Of a stretch of 64,000 bases of DNA, positions 43,465 to 56,110 are shown piece after piece; position 1 is the first letter of the stretch, and each line of letters starts with the position of its first letter. Position numbers and translations under genes: made by a program. The stretch covers positions 62,001 through 126,000 of the forward strand of contig JAVKOQ020000114.1 in assembly GCA_031835245.2 (NCBI GenBank), written 5' to 3'. Under the pieces are notes generated by a model. The model had not been told where the DNA came from and ran no database searches. It saw only the letters and a program-made list of their open reading frames with translations. Source of the stretch: Balamuthia mandrillaris. Lineage: Eukaryota.

Positions 43465-46136
43465 TTATTTATTTGGTACGTTCCATTTTTCATCTTCATC
43501 GCTCTCGTCACTTAAGTCGCTGTCATCGTTAATAGGAAGAACCGCGTTCTCGCTTTGTTGTAACAAAATTAACTCTTTTCTGTAATTAAGAGCCAATCGC
43601 TTCCACTTTTTCTTTTTCCTCGTTTCAACTTTACACCTTTCTCTCTCTTCTTCTAACAACCGAAAAGTTTTCTCCAGTTGTTCTTTCAACAATTTTAACT
43701 CTTCTTCTCCTTCTAATGCTGATTTTCTTGTCGTTCGTTGAATGCCGTTTTTCGATGGTTCGTATTCTTCTTCTTCCTCCTCCTCTTCCTTTTCTTTTGC
43801 GTCTTTCTCTTCCTGCCCGGCTTTTTCTTTGTTGTTGACCCGTTTTTGATGTAAATCAGGTGAACTGAATGGTCTCTTCTTGTGATGTCGTTTGTTGGGA
43901 AGAACGATGTCATCATTATTGTTGTTAGAAGAAGCTGATGGACGCGGAGTAAATGAGATTTGCTTGTCGCTGGAACGTTGTCGTTTGATGACATTCTTTT
44001 TGGATGGGTGTTTTCTTGCCAACGAACGTTCGCTCATCGCTCTGCGTAAGAATCCTTTTTCTTTCTTCTTACTGTCTTCTCCTCCTGCTCCTTCTTCTCC
44101 TTCTCTTTCTTCTTTATCTTCCTTTTCTTGGTTGTCCTTCTTTTCTTCGCTATCTTCTTCTTCTTGCTTCTTGTAAGAGTTTCTCAATCGAGAACCTTTT
44201 GCTTTCTTCTCAGAGTTGTTGATGATGCTTGGTGATGTTTGTTGCGGTAAATTCGGCGTGGAAAGTACTCTTCCGATCTTCTTCAAACTGTTCCTCTTCT
44301 TCGGTTCTTTCTCATCTTTCTCTTCTTTTTGCACACTAGAAGAAGAAGCCGAAGAGCTCAACTGTTGTTTCAACCGCTTCAATAGAGAAGGTTCGCTATC
44401 ATATCTTCGCAGCGACTTTTTCTTCTCCTCCTCTGCTCCTTCCTTCGAGGCAAATATCGTTTGCGATGACGCCGCCTCCACACGCTCTCTCTCCTTTTGT
44501 TGCAGCTGTTGCAATCGTTGTTGCCTTTGCTGCTCCATCTCCTCCTGCTCCAGCTGCAACAGGTACTGCTCCCCGCCGACTTGTTGGATGATGTCTCTCT
44601 GCTGAAGGATGTGCTGCTTCAGGGAGGACCTGCTGCGTTTCAGAAGAGGATTGTCGTGGTAGGTCAGCTCCTCGGTGGATGCTTCCTCGTTGTTCAGCTT
44701 GGAGTCATCGACAAAGGTTTTGCTCTTCTTGCCCAACACGTTCAACTTGTAGCTTGCTGGAAGTTTGGTGATAAATGGATGCTACAAAAGAGAAACAAGG
44801 ATTAGGCGAGAAGGAGAAAGAGAAACACGACCAAAGCGATAACGCACAAGAAGGAGATCTTTGGCGGAGGGACGTTCGTTGGTGTCTTTCTTGAGGCAGG
44901 AGTTGACAAAGTCGATGAACTCGGCAGACCATTTGCCCGTTCTCCCATCGATTTGAGGCGGCTCCGCGCATAGTATATTCACTATAGCCTTTTGTTTATT
45001 TTATTTTTTTTTAATAAAAAAATACGTGTAAATGATAACAAAGAACGAAGGAAGAAGAATAAACGAAGAAGCAGAGAAAGAAGAAGAAAGAAAGAACAAA
45101 CCCTGCCAACGTGTTCGTTGGAATTGGGAGGACGTCCCTGGGCCAAATGGATGGCAGTGATGCCCAGCGACCAAATGTCTGCTTTAAAGTCATAGGCATC
45201 CCCTGCAAGGACCTCGGGGCTCATGTACAATGCTTTTTTTTAAATTGTTGTTTAAAGGTTACTCTCAGTGGATACTTCACTCTTTTGAAATAGAAAAAGG
45301 AAGCGAAGGTAACGTACGAGTTCCAACAAAGCTGTTGAATGCCTCGTTGTTGGCTTCGATGTTTTGCAGCTGGTTTGCTGTTCCAAAGTCGGCTATATCA
45401 CACAAATGAGAACGGAGAACGAGAACGAATGGAGATTGAAGAATGAAGAAAGAGAACGAGAGGTAATGATACCAAGTTTCATGCGGCCTTGTGCTGTTAC
45501 TAAAATGTTTCCAGGCTTGAGATCCCTGGAGATAAGAAGAAAAACGAACAAGCGAACAGAACGTCACTAAGAATACAAAAAAAAGTGGATAGTGTTATCA
45601 CTTCTCTTTCTCTCACCTGTGAATGATTTGGATTTCATGAAGATAGATGAGGGCAGTGATGACATCTCGAAAGATGTAAGCAATGTCTCGCTCCGTCAAA
45701 GTGTAGACCCCCGCTCGCTTCATCACGTCCAAAACGGATCCGTAGCTGCAACATTCCATCATTATCTTTTGTCGTTTTTGTTATTTGTTTTTGTTGTTGA
45801 GAAAGTGAATAAACAGAGAAAGAAAGGAATAGAAAAGAGAAAGAAAAAGTTACCCAGAGAGAACAAGACCGAAAGCAGCAACCATAATAAGAGACGATGT
45901 GTCGATTCCTGCATCTCTTCAACGCATTGATCTCTTTCTGCAACTTTTGAGCCTCCTCCCATGCCTCCCTGTGATCCTCCTCATCGTTGGATGTTGGCAT
46001 CGGGAGAGGAACGCATTTGATGGCTAATATGAAGCCAGTGTCTTTGTGTCTGGCTTTGTAGACTTTACCAAAGCCTCTGTTTGTTGAATTATTTATGAAG
46101 CAGCATAGAGAGAACGTTTAGAGCAAATAGAGAGAG

Positions 46137-46184
<48 letters not shown>

Positions 46185-47738
46185 CAGAGAGAATGAATAA
46201 TGTGGAATGAAGCAAATAACAAAAGATTGAAAATATAGAATGCAATGGAAAAAAAACAAACCCTTGCCCAAGTTTAGACACGAGTCTAAACTCAGAGGCA
46301 GCCTCTCGCGGTCCATCCATGGCCTTCCACTCAAAGTCAAAGTCCACATGCGCCTTGTGCCTTGCGTTCGTAGGAGCGGAGATGATAATGGATCCCATGC
46401 TCTCATCCGCTTTCTTCTTCTTTCTCGTTATTCTGAACCTTCTATATTTGTTGAGTTCTTCTTCTGTTTCTTCTTTCTCCTTCTCTTTCTCCTTCTCTTC
46501 GCTCAATTCATCTTTTTCTTTCTCTTTCTCTTTCTCTTTCTCTTTTTCTTTCTCTTCTTTACGTTGCAGCAAAGGAGAGAAAGAAACGGGGGAACCGACC
46601 GGGCTGTTCGTTGTGCTTTTGCTCAAATGTTTGCGATGACTGCTCGTGATGATGAGAGAAGAGGTTGCTGTTGTTTTGGTTGCTGCCGGCTCGTCGGTTG
46701 TTTCTTTCTTCACGCTTGAGGAGAACGAGCCCTTCCGTTCGAGCGATCTTCGCTTGTTGGTTCCGCTCTTTAGGGAGGCGAACACGGAGCGAGCTGACAA
46801 ATGTCGAACGAGACCTTTTTCCGAGGACTTCTTTTTCTTTTTCTTCTTGTCTTCTTCCACGTTTCGGTCCTCATTTTCTTTGCCAGCGTCCTTGTCTCTG
46901 TTTTCTTCTTTCAGTGGAGAGGTTGAAGAGGTCAAGGATGGAGAAGAGGACGAAGGAGAAGGTGGTGATGCAGGGAGAATGTATCCCGCTCGGATGAACT
47001 GTTCGTTCAGTTCGAGGAAACGTTGTGATAAACGAACATTCTCTGGTGTCTGTTTTGTTGTTTTAGAGAAGAGATAAGAGAGAAGCAGAGAAGCGAGAGA
47101 AGAGAAGAGAGAAGAGTGCCAGAAAGGACAGAGGAGAAGGAAGGGAAGAGCAAAGAAAGATAGTGTACCGCGTGCTCGGTTTCAAAGTCAGGCGGAAGGA
47201 CTCGCATGGACATTCTTTTGGAGAGAGGAACCGGCGCTTCCTTTTGCTGTGGTTGCTCTTCTTCTTCCTCCTCCTCTTCGTTGATCTCTTCAATCTGCCA
47301 TTTTTGTTGGCTTTTCTCCCAATCGAGCTCTTCCTCCTCTTCCTCTTCTTCCTCATCTTCTCCCAAGCCTTCCACTATTTCTTCTTCCTTCAGAAGGCTG
47401 TGGTGGTTCATCTTGGTCTTCCTTTTGTAATTATTGGAGATGAACATTTGGCCTTCCTCTGGCAGCTCCTCCTCTTCGAACTCCGTGTAGACCGCAACGT
47501 CTCCATCCACAACCACCGGTTTCGGCCTCCACGAACGGAGGGTGTTTGTTGTTTCTTCGGTGCTGCTAAAAGCCTGTTCGTCTTCTTCTTGTTCTTCTTC
47601 TTTTCGTTTCGTAGGGGTGACATTATAGGAATGGCGTTTTTGGTTCTGCTGCTGCTGCTCTTCATTTGTGGTGGTGGCGAGGTCGAGCCTACGGTTGATG
47701 CCCAAGCGACGGAGGTGGTCGTTGGAAAGAGCAGCCAT
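43465..47738 (-). CDS. STE20/PAK-like Ser/Thr kinase with CRIB motif and C-terminal coiled coil, multi-exon
   Basis: [13 protein letters not shown] (CRIB); [35 protein letters not shown]. Confidence 0.9.
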
Positions 47739-48239
47739 GCAGGAGCAAGCAGGAAGAATGTGACCGTTCTATTCTTGTTGTTGTGACCTTTTTCTTTTGG
47801 TTAATTTTGTAATGGGTTGCATTACACCGCAATTTGGCTACTGTTTTTCGATGACAGTTCATTTTTGTCCAACAACAAGAGCTGAAATACATCGAGACAA
47901 CCCACAGTTGAACCTCCCCTCCATTCCCTCGGAATCTAGATGATCAATCGATGAACATCGATCGGGAAGCTCTGCTCGCTTTTACATGACGACACGAAAA
48001 TGTCGACGCACGAGGGGCCAAGACCTTCTTTTGTAATGACGACGTGAAGGGTCGTTAACTTTTATTTCACGACGACGTGGAGGCTTCGAGGGTTCGGTGT
48101 CGATGAATTTCAAATTACATTCGAAAGAAAAAATTATATAAAAACGTTTAAAAAAAAAGTAGCAAAAGAGTAGCGGAGGAGGAAGATTAAGATCAGATCA
48201 GAGAGAAACGATTGAAAATAATAATAAAAAAATTAAAAA

Positions 48240-51200
48240 ATGGATTCCAGTGGCATCAGGCATCGCTCGGACTCTGGGGGTGGCAGCAGAAGGCAAGGAC
48301 CTCCTCCCCAGTCCACCAGCTGGCGGACCAAGCCCTGCTATCATGGACCAAGGGCTACTGTCGCAACGGGGACCGCTGCAACTTTTACCATGCCCCCAAG
48401 CAGAAGGGGGGCGTGGTCTCTGCCGCCAGCGGGGATAACAGCATCAGTATCGGTGGCGGGAGAGAGAGCAGCAGCAGAGAGTCCTCGAAACGGATTTCTC
48501 CGCTGAGCGTTCCCTTTGATGAGCACCATCGCCACTACAACAAAAGAAAGAGAGCCTCCGAGGAATCTTCCTCTTCGCCATACTCCTCCTCCTCCTATTC
48601 TTCTTCCTCCTCCTCCTCTTCCTCCTCTTCCCCCTCGCCTTCGTTTTTGTCTTCTTCTTCTTCAGTGGATGGTAGAGACTATCTTTCACAACAAAACAGT
48701 AAACGCAAGAGGTCCCTCTCCCCTCTTTCTCCGCATCGTTCCTCTGCCTATTCCTCTTCTTCAGATCGTTCTTCTGGCGTTTCCCGTTCACCTGCTTCCT
48801 CACGTTCTCCTCCTCGCTCCGCTTCTTCTTCTGCTGCTTCTTCTTCGGTGTTTTCTTTGTCGCAACAAAATGGCGCAAGTGGAGTGGAGGACGAAGAAGT
48901 GGAAGAAGGAATGATCGTTGAAACACCACCACCATCACTCGGCACCAAGACCTCTTTCGCCTCTATCTCCTCTTCGTCTTCTTCCGCAGCCCCTCTTTCT
49001 TCTACATTTTCCGCTTCTCCTTCTTCCTTTTCGTCATCCTCGCTGTCTGCTTCTTCTGTAAGTGCGACTGCCGCTTCGCCCTCCTCCTCGCTTTCTTCTT
49101 TTGCTTCTCCCGCAATTGCGACTTCCACCTTAACATCCAAGAAACACGAAGGCGGTAACAACACCAACATCACCTTTTCTCGTCCCTCTCAACCTCCTCT
49201 TTCTACTTCCGCGCCGAAAACAACACCACCAATCCAACAACCACAACAACCACAACAATCACAACAACCACAGCAACTACAAATACCGCAGCGATCCAAA
49301 GTGGTCAACATGTTTGGAATGAGGATAGCCGTAGCCAAGTCTACTCCAACTGCTTCTCTAAGCAGTACCACTAACTTGACACAAATGCCAACTACAACAA
49401 CGGCGACGTCTGCTAGTCCAACAACTACAACGGCAGAGAAGATACAGACCGCAACAACGCAGATAACAACGACGAGTGGAAAAGAAACACAGGCCACGGA
49501 GATGGTAAAAGCAGTGGGCAGCAGTACGACTGAGGTAGAAAGAACAGCTATAAAGAGCGAGAGCGAAAGCGGAATGTCGTTGGACCTTGACAAGTTTATA
49601 ACGGACGTAAAAGAACAACAAAAGCAAAAACAGTTGCAGAGCAGCAACAGTGAACTCCAAGCTTTCGCTGAATCGTCTTCCGCCACAACAGCAACAAACG
49701 CAACGACGACAACGTTATTGACTCCTTCTTCATCAATCGCTCCGATATCGACGATAACAACAGCTAAAGTTACCGAAGAAGAACCAATGGACTTATCGGA
49801 GGATAGAACCACTAGCATGTCACCCAACATTCGAAGCACGAGCGCAAGCATCAGTCTTGCCACAAGTCACCGCAACTACGATGATGAGAAGAAGCGGAAG
49901 AACGAGACAAAGGACATTGTCGACGAGAGTCGTGACAGAACTCGAACCAGGAGTAGAAGCCGAAGCCGAAGCCGAACAAACAGAAGCGAGTCCTTTCATC
50001 GTTCCAGCCGTAGCAGAAGCAGAAGCCGAAGCCGAAGCCCTTCTTCAGGTAGGATGACGAGCAGCTCGCTGCAACGAAAAGACTATCACCAGCGCGGCTT
50101 AAGCCTAGAGCGAGACAAAAGATATTATGCTTATCGTGACCGAGACCGTGATGACGTTTATCGTCGCCATGACTATAATCGACAAACGACAGATAAACCT
50201 ACATCAACGACATCAACAACAACAACTAGTACTTACAGAGAAAGTACTTGGAATAATTATAAAGGCAGCAGTCGTCCTTACAAGAAAAATGCCCCCGACG
50301 TTTGGATTAACCCCAAATACAGAGATAGATACGCTGATAGAGACAGAGACGGAGACGGAGACGGAGAAAGAGACAGAGACAGAGATAGAGACAGAGATAG
50401 AGATAGAGACAGAGATAGAGACAGAGAACTGGACCGAGATAGGGAAAGAGACAGAGACAGAGATAGAGACAGGGACAGAGACAGGGACAGAGACAGCGAC
50501 AGAGATGGATATAAATACAGAGACAGAAGCGCCGGAAGAGAAAGAACATTACGATATGATGGCAATGAGGTAGACGTAGGTCGGCGTCCTCGTAGTGCGG
50601 AGCGAACCACGACCTCGAGCAACGTCACCGCTTCTTCTGCTTCTCCTGATGTCATTTCTCCAACAAAGAAAGCATCTGAATCTACTTCCAGTAAACACGT
50701 TGATGGTAAGCAACAACAACAATTAGTGTTAAGTTCTTCTGTGCAACAATCCACATTATCAGCAATAACACAACAGAAAGCAACAACAACAAATGCAGAG
50801 AGCATCAAAGCATCGTCAACTGCCGCTGCTTTGGTCGGTGTTAAAAATGAAGGAGAAAGTGGCACTGCAATAACTTCGCCAACAACAATACCAACAACAA
50901 CGAAACCAGCGCCCGCTCCAGTTTCAACGGCTTTAACTTCAACAGGCACAGCAACAGCATTAACAACCGCGGCAGCAGCAATGCAGAAAAGCAAATCAGC
51001 AACAACTTCGCAAAATCATGACGACTCTCAATTACTGTCATTCCTCTCAACACTTAAATCAGAGGAACAATCGCATGAGGCGACACTGCGCATCGCACTC
51101 GAGCTTGAAATGCAAAAGCTGCGCGCCCAGCAATTGCAGTTTGAGTTAGCGAAGGAACAGCTCAAAAAGGAGGCACAAATGTTGCTGGAACAACAGTTGT

Positions 51201-52332
51201 TACCTCAAGTGATGGGCATTACTTCTGTTCCTTATGCTACCACAAACGTTACGAACATTCCACCAACGTCAACACCATTATCTCATCAAACTCCATCTTC
51301 TTCTTTGCCACAGCAAAGAGTTGTTTCTTCTTCTCCCTCTCTTTCTTCTTCTCTTTCTTTTCCTTCTGTTCCTTCTACACCAGCACTGTCCACTCCAGCC
51401 AAGAACGAATCTCTTTCGTCTTCGTTATCAAATCGTTCTCAACTGCCTTCTTCCTCTTCCTCTTCTGCATATCCTCAAGTCAAATATGAGCAACGGTGGG
51501 ACATGAGACTGCAGCAGCTGCGTGAGTATAGAGCTCACTTTGGGCACAGCCGCATTCCTTGCAAGTATCCCCCAAATCAACAACTCGCAAATTGGACCCA
51601 CAAGCAAAGACGCGACTTTAAGGTTTCTCTTTTTGTTTCTTTCTTGTTTCTCTTTATGCTTCTCTTTGTGCTTTTTATATTACATTTTATTTTATATTCT
51701 GAAAAACGCAACAAAATAACCAAAAAAAAAAAAAGAATGGTTTGATGACCGAAAAAAGAGTTGCCAAATGGTCAGCTTTTCTAGCTGAAGTAAAAGAACA
51801 GGAATTCGATCCATCCACCAAAGCAACGGATGACGACGAAGACATTCCTGAAGATGAGGACGCAGAAGAAGAAGAAGTGGAAAACACAATTATGGAGCGA
51901 GAAGACAGAAGAATGGATGATGCAGGAAACATCATCCTCTTTAAAGAGGGAGACTATATCTTCACCTATGGCGATGCCTCATTAGCTTCATCTCCAGCTT
52001 TATCATCAACAGCGGAAGACAAACAACAAGCGGAAACAGAATCATCATCGAAACAAGTGCAACTGCATCTCTTAAAATGTTGTTGCTTGCAGGAAGACAT
52101 CAAGGACAGCTTTTCGGACAACTACAAAATCCTGGTCCGTTGGTTGGAAGGAGAGCTGCCCACGGGGCTCTACTCGACGACCGCCCGCAAGGGCGTCATT
52201 CACAAGAAGAACGTCCTGTGCGCGGTGGACCTCATGCAATTGGAGCCCGGGAAGTTCTTCCTCAAGTCACAGGAGAAGGAAAAGATACATAGCGCGCTCG
52301 CTCGTTCTCGTTTCTTCTCCAAAAGAGAATAA
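48240..52332 (+). CDS. CCCH finger + RS/RD dipeptide repeats + helicase-associated (HA) domain protein; apparent 1-nt frameshift at 48344
   Basis: WRTKPCYH / WTKGYCRNGDRCNFYH split across two frames; RSRSRS and (RD)n tracts; WDMRLQQLREYRAHFGHSRIP..LANWTHKQR. Confidence 0.75.
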
Positions 52333-52348
52333 TAATATTAGCAGAAAG

Positions 52349-54839
52349 TTACTCTTCTCCCAATCCCTCCTCGTCTCCTTCGTTGGCGGAAACAAAGGCG
52401 TGGTCGCTCTTGTACTCGTAAACAAATTCTTTGGTGCGGCCGTTCTTTGTCCCGCCGAAAGAGGCTTTTGGGTGAGTGGACGTTGCCGGTTTCGTGGCGG
52501 CCTCTGTCGTTTCTTCTTGGGGTGGTTCGTCCAGCACGAGCTCGGTGAAGCGGCAGGTGTCCTTGTGGAAACGGAGAGGGAAAGAGCCTGTCTGGCCGTC
52601 GAAACGGTTCTTGCGAATGTCGAGGTACTTCCAGTCCTTGCCCTTTTGCAACATGACGACGTTGTCGGCCTCTTGTGTTGCTTTCACGCTGCCAAACACT
52701 GAAGCGTTTGTCAGTGGTACTCCTGTTCATGATGCATCGCTTTAGTTGGAAACATACAAACAAAAATAAAAAAGACGAAACGAAACACACAAGAGAGAAG
52801 AGAGGTACCGTCGTCCTGTTTACGAGGATGGACTACCAGAGTGATATGCACGTTCTTGTCGGTCGCAAATCTCCTGAACTCCTCCAAGGCTCTGTCCTGG
52901 TGATCAAACTTGCCAAAGTGATTAGGGTTGTTGGAAGAGCCAGCTCCAGACAACATGAACTGTAAGTTGTCCAGAACGATATGCTCCACGTCGTAGACGT
53001 AGACGGCGTACTCCATGGCGTCGAGCACTTGCTCCACGGAGGTGCTGCCATAGAATTTGAGAAAGTAGAGCGGCAGCTCGGAGAACTTGCGCGTGTGTTC
53101 CTCCCATTTGTCTTTACTCTCTATGAGGCTTTCCAGTGGAGCCTATTTTTTTTTTTTTCCTTCATGAATGAGTGGAAAGGAAGCAGACGCATACCGAGTA
53201 AGAAGGAGATTGGAGGAAGAAAGAATAAAAGAAACCTGAGTATATTGCTGCAACATCTTTTTGAGAAGAATGGTATTTTTGATCTCAAAGCTGCCCCATA
53301 GAGTAGGCACTCCTTGTGCCGCAAAGTCCAATGACAGTTGACTCAAAAAAGTCGTTTTGCCTTTTGGATAAGGGAGCAAGGGAGAGGTTCATGTTAGATG
53401 AAAAAATACGAAGGACGACAAAGGAAGAAGCAAAAGCAGGAAAGGAAGAAAAGGAGAACGAGCAAAATTACAAACCTATGCCAGTGTGTCCGGTAAAAAT
53501 AGTGAGTTCACCTTTACGATGGCCCTTCAACATAGTATTGAACGATGGAAAGTCGTTGCTCGTCTTGCCTCTGATCTGTGCCGCATTGCCAATCATCCTA
53601 TGTATTTCGTCTTTCAAATCCTCAAACACAAAGATCTTGTTGTGGGGAATACGCTTCGCTTTCGCCAACAACGCCGACAGGTTCTTGCCCTGTCTTAGCG
53701 CATCGTTGGCATCTTTGGGGCCGTCGGGGTCTCCATCTTTGGTGGAGACGAGGTAACACCGCTTCAAGCCCAACTTTTGGGCAAACTTGTGAGCTCCATC
53801 CTGACCAGGCACGTCGTCATCCATCCAAAGATAGATTTTGGAGAAGCGCTCCAACTGAGGAAGGAGCTCTATGGGCAGGGATTGAGCGCCATTGGGGAGA
53901 GAGATGGCGGGCATACCGGTGGCCTGGTGCACAGCCATCGCGTCGTACTCTCCTTCAGTGAGGACCACTTCGGTGTCCGTTGGCTTAATGGTGTGCCACC
54001 CAAAGAGTCCCCATACTTTTTTTGGGTTGTAAGCCAGGCAGCGATGAGACGAAGAATGAAAAAGAAAGTAAAAAAGAAAAGATAGAAGAAAGCAAACCTC
54101 CTCCTTTAGGCTCCAGCCGTTGTAAGCTTTTGTTGTCAATGGCACGCAGTTTAACACGTTGCACGACAGACCTTCCTCCCTTTGATGGATGGGCATCGAT
54201 CCAGGGAAACGTAACGCACGTATGCTCCTTCCATGTATTGCTGACAGGATCGTAAAAGTTAAAGTTGGTGGCCCCCACTTTGTACTTCTTAATCACATCG
54301 AGGGAGAGATGGCGGTGGCTTGGATCCTTTTTGCCCGTTAGCATTTGCATCACTTTTGGAAATTGACCTTCCATCAAGCCTGTGGTATACTTATTGACCG
54401 TTGTCTGTGTTTTGATACAGTCAGCCATCCGAAAAGACAATGCTGATGGAGAATGAAAAGAAGAAAGGAAAGAAAAAGAACAAGCATATGCAGAAGAAAA
54501 AGAAAGAAACAATGAAGAAAGAGCGAGAAAAGGAACCTGAACAGGAAGAATAGGTTTGGAAGGAGTCGGCGCGGTGATGGCAATTGAGTCCTCACGGGCG
54601 GTAGGCGCAACGACCTCTCCACCTCCCCCAAGCAGCTTCTTAAAGTCAAACCATGAACCCTTCTTCCCACACCGATGACAAAAGAATGCACCTTTGATGA
54701 AAAATGTGTTTTTTTAAAACCAGCGTTTTAGTTTGTTCGAAGTGCGGAAGCCGAAACCAGAGCAGAGAACCGAGAGAGCAGTGAGAGCAGTGAAAGCAGC
54801 ATGTGCGTGTGCGTGAGAAAGAGAAGAGAGAAGAGAGAG

Positions 54840-54874
<35 letters not shown>

Positions 54875-55749
54875 AGAAGAATAGATAGCGAACCAGTGCT
54901 GCGAGAAATATAGAGCTTGAAAAGGTTGTCGGGCTTGTTCTTGTGGTCCGGGCAGCAAGGACACTCCCTCACGATGATCTCCTCGCCGGTGAGCCTGTGG
55001 ACGACCCTCATCCTGGCCAGGAAGGCGAGCACGTCCCCCTCCGCTATTTGAAAGTGGGACGACACGAACGTGGTTCCAGCAGCGATTGGCTGTTGAGCTT
55101 GGCGTTGGTGTTGTCGGTCTTCTTCTTCTTCTTCTTTGGTGGCTTCGTCCAGGTTCGGCTCTTCTTCGTGCACTTCGTTCGGAGAGTCGTCGGCATGACG
55201 CTCATCTTCCTCTTCTTCCTCTTCTGATGCTTGTGGCTCTTTTGGCGGTTGTTTGGCAGAAGGAAGCGGTGGTGTTGAAGCGGTGGCAGAGACTTTGGTT
55301 CGTTTGAGTGAAGAAGTGGGAGGTGAGGCTGTGGAGGAGGTGGAGGAGGAAGAAGAAGAGGGTTTCTTGGATTTCTTTTTTTCTTTAGCGGCGGCGGCGG
55401 ATGTTGATGATGAGGTTTTGCTTTTCACGCCGCGGCGGGAAGAGAAAAGCGGGAGTGGAGGTTGGTTGTTGTTGGAAGGCAGCGACAACAGCCGTGTCGT
55501 TTTTGTTCTGGTGAGAGAAGACGAAGAAGGGTGAAGAGGAAAAGAAAAGATGGGAAGAACAGAAGATGGCTTCTTTCTTTGGCGCAAATAAATAAAAGGA
55601 GGAGACGGGGCTCGTGACGCGGAAGGTGGAGAGTAGCGGCGAAGAGGAAGAGACCGCACTCCTCCGGAGGGAAAAAGAGCGAGCTCGGGCCGGTACCGTT
55701 GCACCGAACCCGAGAGGAGCGTCGTTGTTGCGCCTCTTCCTTTCCACAT
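52349..55749 (-). CDS. TWNK: Twinkle-like mitochondrial primase-helicase, multi-exon
   Basis: Basic presequence; CPCC..CHRC Zn-binding domain; [10 protein letters not shown] and [45 protein letters not shown]. Confidence 0.95.
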
Positions 55750-56110
55750 CTTTATTTTTTTTTTGAGTTGAATTTTTTCTTCGAAATTTGTCGACACTAT
55801 ATGAAGAATCGAAAGAATGCAAACAATGTTAAAACATTTTAAGAACGAAAGGAATGTGGGATTCTTAAAATTCCAAAGGAACATGAGGGGTTACCCCTGC
55901 AAACTTAGAAAAAGAAGAAGAAAAAGCCGAGAGCGAAACGGAAGAAAACCAAAGCAACGCGCCGCACCACACGAAGCAGACGGCAGGAGACAGAGACCTC
56001 GCGCGAAGCGATCGATACACGAGGAAATAAATAAAAAAAATCGATTTATCCACTTCCATTTGGGTTTGGAGTTAAGGCCAAAAAAAAAACAATAACAAAA
56101 AAGCAGAAGA

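Noticed and set aside
48212..48239. TTG start for the 1177-aa ORF
   Set aside because: Non-ATG start in a eukaryote; the ATG at 48240 plus a 1-nt shift restores a complete CCCH finger.
50335..50530. (GACAGA/GATAGA)n tract as a separate repeat element
   Set aside because: It is in frame within the 48240-52332 gene and encodes the RD dipeptide domain.
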